Positions 1 through 8,714 of a DNA stretch of 60,069 nt are shown piece by piece. The notes beneath the pieces are model-generated. The model searched no databases. It was not told the DNA's origin and saw nothing but the letters and a program-made list of their open reading frames with translations. Origin of the DNA: a virus. Its lineage: Duplodnaviria > Caudoviricetes. Numbering within the stretch: the stretch's first letter is position 1; the number at the start of each line of letters is the position of its first letter. The DNA lies in the IMG/VR virus record IMGVR_UViG_3300039037_000048, positions 1 through 60,069 of that record; one strand, written 5' to 3'. The position numbers and the translations under genes were made by a program.

Positions 1-37
1 TACTTGAGTAAAGGTTATCAAGTCTTGTAAGAGGCAT
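1..37 (-). CDS. 5' end of a late gene (MPLTRLDNLYSS...), probably a virion structural protein; runs off the window
   Basis: ATG at 37, open to the window edge, preceded by late promoter TATAAATA at 74-81. Confidence 0.5.
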   Translation of the reverse strand, partial: MPLTRLDNLYSS

Positions 38-73
38 AATTAACCCAATCCTGCTGGACAATTTCTTCTGGAT

Positions 74-81
74 TATTTATA
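74..81 (-). promoter_or_regulatory. T4-type late (gp55) promoter TATAAATA
   Basis: Exact T4 late consensus upstream of the ATG at 37. Confidence 0.7.
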
Positions 82-85
82 CAAT

Positions 86-111
86 AAAACCTCCCCTTGT
101 AGGGAGGTTTT
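86..111 (-). terminator. Rho-independent terminator after the tRNA cluster
   Basis: AAAACCTCCC-TACAAG-GGGAGGTTTT inverted repeat with T tail. Confidence 0.7.
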
Positions 112-150
112 ACAGCACACGGAAGGGTTCTGGTTTGGCAGTATCGCCAA

Positions 151-224
151 CTCCTCCACCTGGACTCGAACCAGGAACCTATTGATTAACAGTCAACCGC
201 TCTGCCTAATTGAGCTATAGAGGA
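151..224 (-). tRNA. tRNA-Asn (GTT)
   Basis: Cloverleaf; anticodon loop CTGTTAA; GGTTCGAGTCC T-arm. Confidence 0.95.
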
Positions 225-231
225 AAGGGAA

Positions 232-349
232 TATCCCCTGCTCGTCAGCAGGGGAGGCACCAAGAGGGTTCCCACCTCTCTCCCACGCGGGTTGGATTCC
301 GATTCTTTTTTCTCTCGGAGACGTGAGCACGGATGTATTCCAGTCCGTT
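232..349 (-). ncRNA. Putative structured ncRNA between tRNA-Ala and tRNA-Asn
   Basis: Several consecutive hairpins (ACGGA/TCCGT, AGAGG/CCTCT, TCCCCTGCT/AGCAGGGGA); no credible ORF. Confidence 0.45.
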
Positions 350-350
350 A

Positions 351-423
351 TGGAGAATAGGAGACTCGAACTCCTGACATCCTGCTTGCAAAGCAGGCGC
401 TCTACCAGCTGAGCTAATTCCCC
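351..423 (-). tRNA. tRNA-Ala (TGC)
   Basis: GGGGAATTAGCTCAG start; anticodon loop TTTGCAA; GTTCGAGTC T-arm. Confidence 0.95.
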
Positions 424-1004
424 GCAGGTACAAGTGGTTCATGATAGTTGAACCAACCTGTAATGATGTACTTATGCTCATTTGGAGCAACTTCTCCCCT
501 ATGAGTATAGGTCCAATCGCCTGGCCAGATCAAGGTTTTACCCTTTCTTGCCTGAACTGTGTGTTTCTGATGATAGAACTCGGTTCCACCACCTTCTTCC
601 ACATGATTAAGATAAGTCATCCAAACTAGATGCCTATCATTATATGGATGAATTGCATTACAACGTTCTGTATGCCAGTTGTAAAAACCTTCACCTGGTT
701 TATACCACTGGATATTGAATCCCTCGACTAATCCCCAAGGACCGTATTCGTTACAATAAGGAAACTTGCGAACATACTCGTCAGTACAGTCTCTCAACTG
801 TTCGACATAATTTGCTATAACAGGAAGGTTTTCCCATTCCGAGTTAAACATGGTAAGATCAGTAGATTTCTTACCTTCGTCAGGACCACCATATGTAATG
901 CCAGGACAACGATGTATTTTAGCAAACCTAGAGTTGTGAAAGAAATCAATGATTTCATCACAAATAGAGATGTCTCTGATGTAAGTTTCTAAAGTAAAAT
1001 CCAT
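414..1004 (-). CDS. 2OG-Fe(II) oxygenase (prolyl-4-hydroxylase-like)
   Basis: WHTE (HxD/E)...YLN...GGGTEF...THRG...KYIITGW jelly-roll motifs. Confidence 0.85.
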   Translation of the reverse strand: MDFTLETYIRDISICDEIIDFFHNSRFAKIHRCPGITYGGPDEGKKSTDLTMFNSEWENLPVIANYVEQLRDCTDEYVRKFPYCNEYGPWGLVEGFNIQWYKPGEGFYNWHTERCNAIHPYNDRHLVWMTYLNHVEEGGGTEFYHQKHTVQARKGKTLIWPGDWTYTHRGEVAPNEHKYIITGWFNYHEPLVPAGN

Positions 1005-1015
1005 GTTATCCTGAA

Positions 1016-1097
1016 TGTCGGTGAGAGGACTTGAACCTCCACGTCATAAGACACTAGAACCTAAACCTAGCGCGTCTACCGATTCCGCCACACCGAC
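1016..1097 (-). tRNA. tRNA-Leu (TAG)
   Basis: Long variable arm; anticodon loop TTTAGGT. Confidence 0.93.
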
Positions 1098-1146
1098 GAA
1101 AAGGGGGCACTGCTTCTATACGCAGATCTTTTGTACTCCCCCAAAG

Positions 1147-1220
1147 AGCCACATGTCGGACTTGAACCGACGACCTACGGTTTACAAAACCGTTGCTCTA
1201 TCCAGCTGAGCTAAAGTGGC
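1147..1220 (-). tRNA. tRNA-Thr (TGT)
   Basis: Cloverleaf; anticodon loop TTTGTAA. Confidence 0.95.
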
Positions 1221-1753
1221 ATCTTGGTAAATTCAAACTCCCCAAAGCGTCCGCCCCAGACTTGTTCTGTAGTTCCTACAAGGAATCCACGATCAACCAC
1301 ATTATAAAAGTCTACGCCAAGAGTTGCCTCATTTCTGACATAGGTCATTTGATCTGCCTTGTAGGGAACCAGACACTCACAACCGTCGATAGCACCATGA
1401 AATTGGTTTTTATCTGGGTCGTAAGTCATAATTGTATCACACTTTGCCTTGTGTGTCAACCCCTTGTCGTATTTGATTTGATCTAAATTTAAAGCACCCA
1501 AATAACGCCATTTCTCAAAGTCATAATTAAGGACTCTAATCTGCCCGTTAGGGTCTTCAACGGCTTCTACAATAAACTGCCTATATGGCGCATGTAGTTT
1601 GTAATTGTACGCCTGCTCACCATAAAACATAGAATCCGTGCCAGGGACTTTATGATGAGTTAGGCGCACCATAGCGAACCTAGAGGGGTTGGAAAATGCC
1701 TGAACTTTGTTCTCCCACGTTCCCTCAAACCATTCTATAAATTTATCAATCAT
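1211..1753 (-). CDS. cpeT: CpcT/CpeT-family phycobilin lyase
   Basis: F.G.W.N..QAF..P..F, YGEQAY..APYRQ, DRG...QVWG motifs; start reassigned to MIDKFIEW at 1753. Confidence 0.85.
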   Translation of the reverse strand: MIDKFIEWFEGTWENKVQAFSNPSRFAMVRLTHHKVPGTDSMFYGEQAYNYKLHAPYRQFIVEAVEDPNGQIRVLNYDFEKWRYLGALNLDQIKYDKGLTHKAKCDTIMTYDPDKNQFHGAIDGCECLVPYKADQMTYVRNEATLGVDFYNVVDRGFLVGTTEQVWGGRFGEFEFTKMPL

Positions 1754-2012
1754 CTTTAGGTAATAGCTCTGGATTGTCAACAGTGAGTTCAAACATACAT
1801 GGATGACATTCCTCCGCCATGAGATATGAAGACCATTTATAGAGTTCTTCATCATCCCAGTCTCGTCCTTCCAACGCTTCTGTTTGAATCGCTGGATGAT
1901 CTTGGACAATCAGCGGAAGTTCGTCAAAGGTATATGGTATACCTTGAATGAAATACATCCGCACTACGTTTCCCATGTAGAAACAATATGCTTGGGTTAG
2001 TGTGTATTCCAT
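1746..2012 (-). CDS. Cyanophage hypothetical protein
   Basis: 88-aa ORF coupled to cpeT; late promoter upstream. Confidence 0.7.
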   Translation of the reverse strand: MEYTLTQAYCFYMGNVVRMYFIQGIPYTFDELPLIVQDHPAIQTEALEGRDWDDEELYKWSSYLMAEECHPCMFELTVDNPELLPKDD

Positions 2013-2045
2013 AACATTTCCACTACATTTTATTTAGTAGCGGAA

Positions 2046-2130
2046 TAGGGCAAGCGAGACTTGAACTCGCACGAACTTTACGTTCAACAGATTTTAAGTC
2101 TGGTGTGTCTACCGATTCCACCACTGCCCC
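2046..2130 (-). tRNA. tRNA-Leu (TAA)
   Basis: Long variable arm; anticodon loop CTTAAAA. Confidence 0.93.
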
Positions 2131-2149
2131 TTGGGACCTCTGTATTATA

Positions 2150-2395
2150 TCACAGAAACATCCCTTTGTCACTCATATAACGAAGTGCTTCCTTCATTCC
2201 ACCGATATGCTTGTCGCCAATGGCAATTTGTGGAAAAGTAGCATCTTCGCCAAATTCTTGCTGAAATGCATTCTGGGTAAAGTGCTTATCTAGACGATAT
2301 TCGAGATATTCGTCAATATTCTTCAAATCTTGGAGCAACATGCCCATGCGCTCACACTCTTGACTGCCGTTACTGTAGATTACTGCTGTGGTCAT
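2150..2395 (-). CDS. Glutaredoxin-like protein (single Cys)
   Basis: ATFPQI..GDKHIGG glutaredoxin C-terminal motif; SQEC replaces CxxC. Confidence 0.75.
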   Translation of the reverse strand: MTTAVIYSNGSQECERMGMLLQDLKNIDEYLEYRLDKHFTQNAFQQEFGEDATFPQIAIGDKHIGGMKEALRYMSDKGMFL

Positions 2396-2507
2396 ATTCG
2401 ATGACGATTTTTTTGTGTTGAATTTTTTTGTCGCAACAGACGATATATTTTACTTCAGCGTCTAATAACTCGCCAACCTTCTCTAGGAGATTTTTGGCGA
2501 TATTCAT
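2370..2507 (-). CDS. Small hypothetical protein
   Basis: ORF filling the gap between coupled neighbours (start MNIAK). Confidence 0.5.
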   Translation of the reverse strand: MNIAKNLLEKVGELLDAEVKYIVCCDKKIQHKKIVIEYDHSSNLQ

Positions 2508-2508
2508 A

Positions 2509-2823
2509 TTAGTCACGCTGACGCCAGTCGTCTGGTTTGTCTCGTCCGAACCATTCGTTGATGTCATCTGCACCGTCAAATCCAGTTTTGTAGTTATTTG
2601 GGTCAGGATCGCCTAAACCCATTTTGTTCATAAAATCGTCCATGCTACCCTCTTGGATATCTTGAGCAGCTTGTCTTCGTGCCTTGTTTAACCAATCTCG
2701 GGCAGTAGTATGTCTCTTGGCGAGTTTCTCTGCCCAAATCATATCTTCGAGTTTTACCTCTTCCTTATTTGCAATCTTCTTGCAGATAAACTCCAGTCGG
2801 AGTCTATATTGAGTTGACAGCAT
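2509..2823 (-). CDS. Conserved cyanophage hypothetical protein
   Basis: MLSTQYRLRLE...KPDDWRQRD, recalled as typical of cyanomyoviruses. Confidence 0.75.
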   Translation of the reverse strand: MLSTQYRLRLEFICKKIANKEEVKLEDMIWAEKLAKRHTTARDWLNKARRQAAQDIQEGSMDDFMNKMGLGDPDPNNYKTGFDGADDINEWFGRDKPDDWRQRD

Positions 2824-2826
2824 AAA

Positions 2827-3021
2827 TCACTCGCGCAGTTTTAGCTCTAAATCTTCGAGTTTGTGATACTCTGCATGTGCCGCTTCTTGACGGTCACACA
2901 CAATATTTAGAATGTCATCCATGATAATGTCGTTATCGACATAATCGTCAAGGTACTTGTCGATTGCTTCTTTCAAATACCTATATCTATGCCACTCTGG
3001 TGAATATGGTTTGTAGTGCAT
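2827..3021 (-). CDS. Hypothetical protein
   Basis: 64-aa ORF downstream of a sigma70 promoter. Confidence 0.7.
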   Translation of the reverse strand: MHYKPYSPEWHRYRYLKEAIDKYLDDYVDNDIIMDDILNIVCDRQEAAHAEYHKLEDLELKLRE

Positions 3022-3043
3022 GATAAAGCGAATTCATACAACG

Positions 3044-3072
3044 ATTATAGGGCAATGTCGCCGTTTTGTCAA
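3044..3072 (-). promoter_or_regulatory. Early sigma70-type promoter
   Basis: TTGACA-N17-TATAAT, perfect consensus. Confidence 0.85.
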
Positions 3073-3074
3073 CT

Positions 3075-3145
3075 CGACCTTTTGGACAAAAAATTGGTGG
3101 CGAATTTTTTTCGGAATTCTGGTAACCGAAAGTCGAATTTCAGTT
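3075..3145. repeat. Non-coding A/T-tract element, copy 1 (similar to 14881-14951)
   Basis: Shared blocks CGAC-TTTTG, TGGCG..AATTTTT-CGGAATTC.GGTAA.CG.AA...AATTTCAGTT. Confidence 0.6.
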
Positions 3146-4264
3146 GAGGAAGATCGACAGACCTTTGATGGTTAGTGTACCAGCTGGGTTCATGATGTCA
3201 AGGGTGCCTACCTTGTTAGTAACAACACTGTTACCTTTCATAGCAGTGATAGCAAACGCAGCACCAGACTTCATGAGGAATCCCATCTTATTGACACCTA
3301 GAGTCAAGGAATAGGTCTGTGTAGGTGGTTTCTTGTCAGTAATTGCTTTGAGACCAAAGATTTTCTCTTCCTTTGGACCATAGATTTTTTCAACTGACTT
3401 CTGCAAAACTTTGATGCCCAGACCACCAGTAGTTGACTGAATGTTGACGTTCTTCAAAGACCTCAAATTAAGGCGTCCACCCTGAACATCAACCTCATAA
3501 CTTCCCTGGATCTTATGTGTAACATCACCAGAGGTGTTAATAACATGAGTAGCACCAGGTTTAATCTGCTGGTCAACTACAACCTCACCAGTTCCTTTGG
3601 TGATCTTACGACCATCAATGTTCTCATTTAAAAATTCTGCGTCAAATGTGATGTCGCCTGCAAATACATTAAACTTGCCGCTACCATCACCAACCTCAAT
3701 GTTAACAACTTCTCCTGCTTTGAGTGTTAGAGTCTTGATAGCATGGATAAGTACGTTGTCTCCCTTGATGCCACAATCATCTCCCGATGCTTCAATAGCA
3801 ACACCTCCCTCTGCCATGACAGAATAGGCAGGGTCCTCTTTAGTTGCGCTTCCAGTTCCTGTTCTAGTAGACCCAACTCTCTCTGAATCCTTTGGACCCG
3901 TTGCTTGAATAGCAATAGTTCCAGATGCTTTCTGGATTTGATCACCTGTATTCAGAATTAGTTTGCCACCACAACCTGCTTGTCCTGGCACACCAGTAGA
4001 GAACGTCATGTTGCCGTTCTCATCAAAGAACATGGCACTTTGACCATTGGTGACCGTGTAACCGCCTGGTTGTCCGTCGTCACCCCTCCAACTCATGCAG
4101 GTCCAACCATCAGACACCCAGTGTACTGTTGGTTTGCCATTACAAAATGCATCATCAGATACGCTTGCTTTTCTACCACCAGCTGGTTCTGCTGCAGGTT
4201 GCCCTGAAGTAGAACCCTGGTGTGATTTATCGACGTTTGGTTTAGTATCAGACATTATGGGCAA
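3140..4264 (-). CDS. Baseplate spike/needle-like protein (gp5 C-terminal beta-helix-like)
   Basis: Gly/Thr-rich beta-strand repeats; ends IFLN; directly downstream of g5. Confidence 0.55.
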   Translation of the reverse strand: MPIMSDTKPNVDKSHQGSTSGQPAAEPAGGRKASVSDDAFCNGKPTVHWVSDGWTCMSWRGDDGQPGGYTVTNGQSAMFFDENGNMTFSTGVPGQAGCGGKLILNTGDQIQKASGTIAIQATGPKDSERVGSTRTGTGSATKEDPAYSVMAEGGVAIEASGDDCGIKGDNVLIHAIKTLTLKAGEVVNIEVGDGSGKFNVFAGDITFDAEFLNENIDGRKITKGTGEVVVDQQIKPGATHVINTSGDVTHKIQGSYEVDVQGGRLNLRSLKNVNIQSTTGGLGIKVLQKSVEKIYGPKEEKIFGLKAITDKKPPTQTYSLTLGVNKMGFLMKSGAAFAITAMKGNSVVTNKVGTLDIMNPAGTLTIKGLSIFLN

Positions 4265-7200
4265 TCAATATAACGACCAGTTCCAATCTTAACGAGTCCT
4301 CTGCTGTTGAGATCCTCGGAGGAGAGACAGATCATGTTTGGTAGAACAATAGCACCAGATCCTCCACCACCAATCAGTTTAACGACTGGTTTCTTATCAT
4401 TGTATGTCTTTGTTCTGTCCTTGATCTGGACACTCGTAACATATCCTCTTTCATCAATGATAGCAGTTGCCAAATTTGGATCTCCATTTATGTATACTTC
4501 GGGAGCAGACGTATATCTGATACCAGGAGAGATAAGAGTAAAGGAATCGATGATGCATTGTACATCATTATCTTTTGCTAGGTTACGTTTGTATCCTAGT
4601 CCACCTCTAGTAACTCTGATCTCCGACACAAATCCGTTGGTGTCAAGAAGAGCGATAGCAGTAGCACCATACCCTTCTCCAGAGATGATAACTTGAGGTG
4701 CTTCGGAGTATGACTCACCAGTATCATTGATAGGGATGCTAACAATAGATCCATCGGAACCAGTGATAGGATCACCCGCCGTTGGTTTGTTAGGAACGTA
4801 TTCAGGTACAGTATCCTTCTCGTCATCGTCGTTGACGCCATCACCATCTAGATCCTCAAACCCACCACTAGCAAAGATGGTTGCAGAAGCTGATGCAGAT
4901 GTTCCCATAATTCGGAACGTCAAGTTCTCTGCAGGTTCTATTCTTTCATCTTCCAAGATACCAACAATAACTCTTGCTTGGTTATCCTTGATCTTGAATT
5001 TACCAGTGATTGTACCACCAACAAAATCATTAGCGTCAACATCACCTAGAATAACCCAATCAAACTCTGTGTTGTCATCGACATTCACACTTGTGATAGA
5101 GAAGATGATGTCTTCACCCTCTATGTAAGCAGGTTTGTCAGTGGTAACAGAGATGCTAGATTCAACTCCTAATTCAGGATCAAGTGGCGAATCAGGGAAC
5201 AGAGATTCCTCATAGTCTGCTGCAATATCTGTGTCAGCAAAGGAACCTGTATCAAAATTTGCGTCAGCAAGTTCGGTGTTTCCTGGATCAAACAGAGTGA
5301 GTCTGAATGTTTGAATCCGACCCAACTCAATCTCTTCTTGCATAGTAAGAGTAATCGTGCCTCTACAACGTGGGATAGAGATTGTTTGTAGATCTCCTTC
5401 CTCGTCAAGGAATTCTTCTGTTAAAGTTTCATATTCAGATACCGTAACAGTTCCTGTGAGAGATGGATTAGCATCATCTATGTACTCTTCTACTATATCA
5501 CCAGTCAACTCATAAGTCAAGACAGCACCATGTGCTACGTTAGAAGTGTTGACCGTGAACGTTACGGTGTCACCACCAGCAACGATGGTCGGATCACCAA
5601 TGACAGAGTAAACCTTGCTGCCATCAAAGGTGACAGGCAGTGAGATGTCATCGTCATCATCGTCATCATCAGGACCACCAAAGATATCATCTGGGATGTC
5701 ATCATCATCTGGGAAGATATCATCATCAGGATCGTCATCAGGATCGTCATCAGGAATCACAGGACGATCAAACTCTGGTGTGTCGGGTCTACCAGGACCA
5801 GGTGGTTTTGGTGGACCAGGTGGTTCTGGGATTGGTTCTGCTGGGACACCACCAACAAAAATAACTCTAGTTCCTTTAGGATCTAGGTAGTCTTGACTCT
5901 CTTCACAGTAGAATCTCTCACCAGTATCACCCGCTTCGATATCATCGAGCATTTTGTCCAACCAGTCATCATCGTCTTCATCCTTGGAGCAATCAGTACA
6001 CTTAACAGTTTCCTTTGGACAGTTACTATCAGGACCACTACAAGAGATGCCTAGGAATGACATGACCTTTGAGATGGCACCACCAATCATGTTTAACGGT
6101 GATGCTATGATTGATAATATACTCTGTAAAGGTCCAAGTATACTACTTATCAAACCTTCAATAAGTTCTAGGATCTTATTGATGATACCTTCTACCAAGT
6201 TAATGACTGCACATGCTGCTGGAGAGAAGACATCCATGATAAAATTGAACAGCAAGTTCGTCAGGAACGCTGCAATTCTATCGGTGATATTCTCGATGGA
6301 ACAACCGAGTGCCTTTAGGATCTGCTCTAGTACCTTCTGAATTCCATCAAGCAAACGACCTTTCTTACCAACAGATTTGTGGTCCTGCTCTACATCTTTG
6401 GGTACTTTCTCTTTCTGTTGTTTGAATACTTCAATACCTAACAGACCGTTGATTAGATCTTGAATACCCTGACGTAGATTCCTAATGATTTCAGACTGGG
6501 TGCGACCTAACAAGCTACGGACAAGTCTAGTGACTCTACCGATATGATGTCTAGCAATCGCTACCTTGTCATACAAGAAACCATTAACCTTACTGACATA
6601 GAAGTTACCTAACTGACCACCAGACTGTTGATTAGCAGCGAGCATCTCACCAATGATGTTCTGCATCTGCTTACCGAAGTTGCTCTCCGTACCACACTTC
6701 GGGTTAGCAATAGTAACACAGTTCTGCGATCCAATAGGATTAGTCTCGCTATGCTTTGCACGTAGAGCAGCAATGATAGCAGGAGCACCCTTCTCCTCGT
6801 TAGAACGAGCAGCAGCTGGTTCACCACCATCTATGTTAGCACCAGTCTCGGGGTCGGTTCCGTTGGTGCTATCTTGAGACCTATCTATCTGTGGGATAAC
6901 ATCAGCAGCACGTTGCCTCTCCAGTCCTCGGGGACCATCGCCACCACCTTGACTGTCCTGATTGACAACAACAGTAGATGATTTAGTGTGACCAATAGAT
7001 CCCATGATGACAGGCTTCTGCTTGTCATTATCAAGGAAGAAACCAATGACCCAGTTGCCTGCACGAAGTTCTGCAGTAGCACTTGACTTACCATCACTGA
7101 ATGGTGTAGTCACAGGCATGACTACGTTTGCCCAAGGCAGTTGCTCTGTTGGTGTCTGCTGTCCCTCCTTTAGGTGTACACCAACGATACGCACACGATA

Positions 7201-7317
7201 TCTACCAGACTTCTTGGGGTCACTCTCTCTCCCCGTCTCAACCTGTCCAATCCACCAGTTGAAACCATCAGAACCTATTGAGTTTGTCTGTAATAATGAC
7301 GATAATACTGGATCCAT
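4255..7317 (-). CDS. g5: Baseplate hub subunit gp5 (N-terminal OB fold)
   Basis: WWIGQVE..DP..GRYRVRIVGVH...LPWA...WVIGFFLD...PVIMG signature. Confidence 0.85.
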   Translation of the reverse strand: MDPVLSSLLQTNSIGSDGFNWWIGQVETGRESDPKKSGRYRVRIVGVHLKEGQQTPTEQLPWANVVMPVTTPFSDGKSSATAELRAGNWVIGFFLDNDKQKPVIMGSIGHTKSSTVVVNQDSQGGGDGPRGLERQRAADVIPQIDRSQDSTNGTDPETGANIDGGEPAAARSNEEKGAPAIIAALRAKHSETNPIGSQNCVTIANPKCGTESNFGKQMQNIIGEMLAANQQSGGQLGNFYVSKVNGFLYDKVAIARHHIGRVTRLVRSLLGRTQSEIIRNLRQGIQDLINGLLGIEVFKQQKEKVPKDVEQDHKSVGKKGRLLDGIQKVLEQILKALGCSIENITDRIAAFLTNLLFNFIMDVFSPAACAVINLVEGIINKILELIEGLISSILGPLQSILSIIASPLNMIGGAISKVMSFLGISCSGPDSNCPKETVKCTDCSKDEDDDDWLDKMLDDIEAGDTGERFYCEESQDYLDPKGTRVIFVGGVPAEPIPEPPGPPKPPGPGRPDTPEFDRPVIPDDDPDDDPDDDIFPDDDDIPDDIFGGPDDDDDDDDISLPVTFDGSKVYSVIGDPTIVAGGDTVTFTVNTSNVAHGAVLTYELTGDIVEEYIDDANPSLTGTVTVSEYETLTEEFLDEEGDLQTISIPRCRGTITLTMQEEIELGRIQTFRLTLFDPGNTELADANFDTGSFADTDIAADYEESLFPDSPLDPELGVESSISVTTDKPAYIEGEDIIFSITSVNVDDNTEFDWVILGDVDANDFVGGTITGKFKIKDNQARVIVGILEDERIEPAENLTFRIMGTSASASATIFASGGFEDLDGDGVNDDDEKDTVPEYVPNKPTAGDPITGSDGSIVSIPINDTGESYSEAPQVIISGEGYGATAIALLDTNGFVSEIRVTRGGLGYKRNLAKDNDVQCIIDSFTLISPGIRYTSAPEVYINGDPNLATAIIDERGYVTSVQIKDRTKTYNDKKPVVKLIGGGGSGAIVLPNMICLSSEDLNSRGLVKIGTGRYIDCP

Positions 7318-7334
7318 ACCAATAAGGTTTATTT

Positions 7335-8714
7335 TTATTTAGTTGTGGTATTCGACTCTTCGTTAGGTCTACCGTAGGAGTCTCTAACTAGAGTCAAGTA
7401 TGTGTTTGCTCTTCTTGCTTTTGTTTCACATGCGTGATTAAGTTTAGCAACCAAGTAAACACCACTGTGCTCTGGATCATATAGGTCTGGTTGTCTATCT
7501 TGTGTTGGAATCTGGTTAGGTATTCTTATCTCAACAGTAGAACCAACTCTCAAGTCAAGTCTGATAGGAACTGTGATCAATACCTGCTGATTGTTCTGCG
7601 ACTCAAGTCTAGCGATGCTCTGTGCAACATAATTCTTCTGCCAGTCAGGAAACTCGGCAGTGTTTTGTTTACCACCGTCTGGTTTCTCTGGTGATGCTAC
7701 CTCGACACCATCAAACCAGGTCTCATGGTCAATCAACACAGACATGATTCTACTTGGAGTAGCCGCTAGATCTGCTTGTCCTTTAGCAAGACCTGACTGT
7801 GATCCAAGATGCTCCATGTCATCGAAAGAATCCTGTAGTTTATAGTTGTACTCCTCGTATGCACCTGTGCTGTAGTTGTAGAAACAGATGACATTAGAGA
7901 ACGTACCCATCCTCAACTTGGTAAGGATGTCAATCTCTTGCTGGAAGTCAATGCTTAAAATCTTTTGCTGCTTTGACGCACCAGCGACAGCATCAGTCTC
8001 TTGCGTGAATATTTCTACTGGAGGATTCTTATCGATAGAATTCAATCTATCAATAGAATTAAAGTAGTATCCGTCTACGTTCTGATAGAAATAATATCCT
8101 GCACTACCAGTTGACTTTGCAAACTCACCCGTGACACTGTTGCTTGAGTTGTTTACCTTACTGTCTTCAGCAACAGTCTTCATCCTCATCGACTCGATGA
8201 TAGAGAAAGGAGTCTTCTTACCAGGAAAGAATCTAACCTTAAACATTGCAGGATCTGTTTTAATCCTGTCACCAGCAACACCAAGTTCTTCTGTCAATAA
8301 TTTTCTGACGATACCATCTCCCTTTCCAGTAAGTATAGTACCAACTCTCTTGGATTCATTTAGCAATGCTTCTGCAGAGATCAACCCAAGAGAATACTTC
8401 TGGAATCTATCACCAGAGAATCTACTGTGGATTCTAAAGACCTTGAAGTTATATACCTGCTTCAGTTTACCATCATCGTCACCAATTTGTACCATAGTAA
8501 TCTTGATATCCTCATACCCCTGAATAGGTAGAGATGAAATCAAGTTGGCACCAGTGTCAACCAACTCCAAGTTTGCCTCGAATGTTGGGAGACTAATGTT
8601 CTCGAAGTAATCAAACCTGACGACTAGATCGGTAATGTTTTGCTTGTCACCATCAACTGAAGTAATAATACATTCTTCTAGTTGTAAGTCAGCAGCGTAT
8701 GATAACTCGGACAT
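7335..8714 (-). CDS. Baseplate hub protein (gp27-like)
   Basis: Lies between tape-measure-like genes and g5; GYYFYQN.DGYYFNSI and SGVYLVAKLNH motifs. Confidence 0.65.
   Translation of the reverse strand: MSELSYAADLQLEECIITSVDGDKQNITDLVVRFDYFENISLPTFEANLELVDTGANLISSLPIQGYEDIKITMVQIGDDDGKLKQVYNFKVFRIHSRFSGDRFQKYSLGLISAEALLNESKRVGTILTGKGDGIVRKLLTEELGVAGDRIKTDPAMFKVRFFPGKKTPFSIIESMRMKTVAEDSKVNNSSNSVTGEFAKSTGSAGYYFYQNVDGYYFNSIDRLNSIDKNPPVEIFTQETDAVAGASKQQKILSIDFQQEIDILTKLRMGTFSNVICFYNYSTGAYEEYNYKLQDSFDDMEHLGSQSGLAKGQADLAATPSRIMSVLIDHETWFDGVEVASPEKPDGGKQNTAEFPDWQKNYVAQSIARLESQNNQQVLITVPIRLDLRVGSTVEIRIPNQIPTQDRQPDLYDPEHSGVYLVAKLNHACETKARRANTYLTLVRDSYGRPNEESNTTTK

Noticed and set aside
245-490. 81-aa ORF, plus 1015-1209 and 2105-2293
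   Set aside because: They run through clear tRNA genes.
1754-1909. N-terminal extension of cpeT
   Set aside because: It overlaps the upstream gene; the lyase domain starts at 1753.
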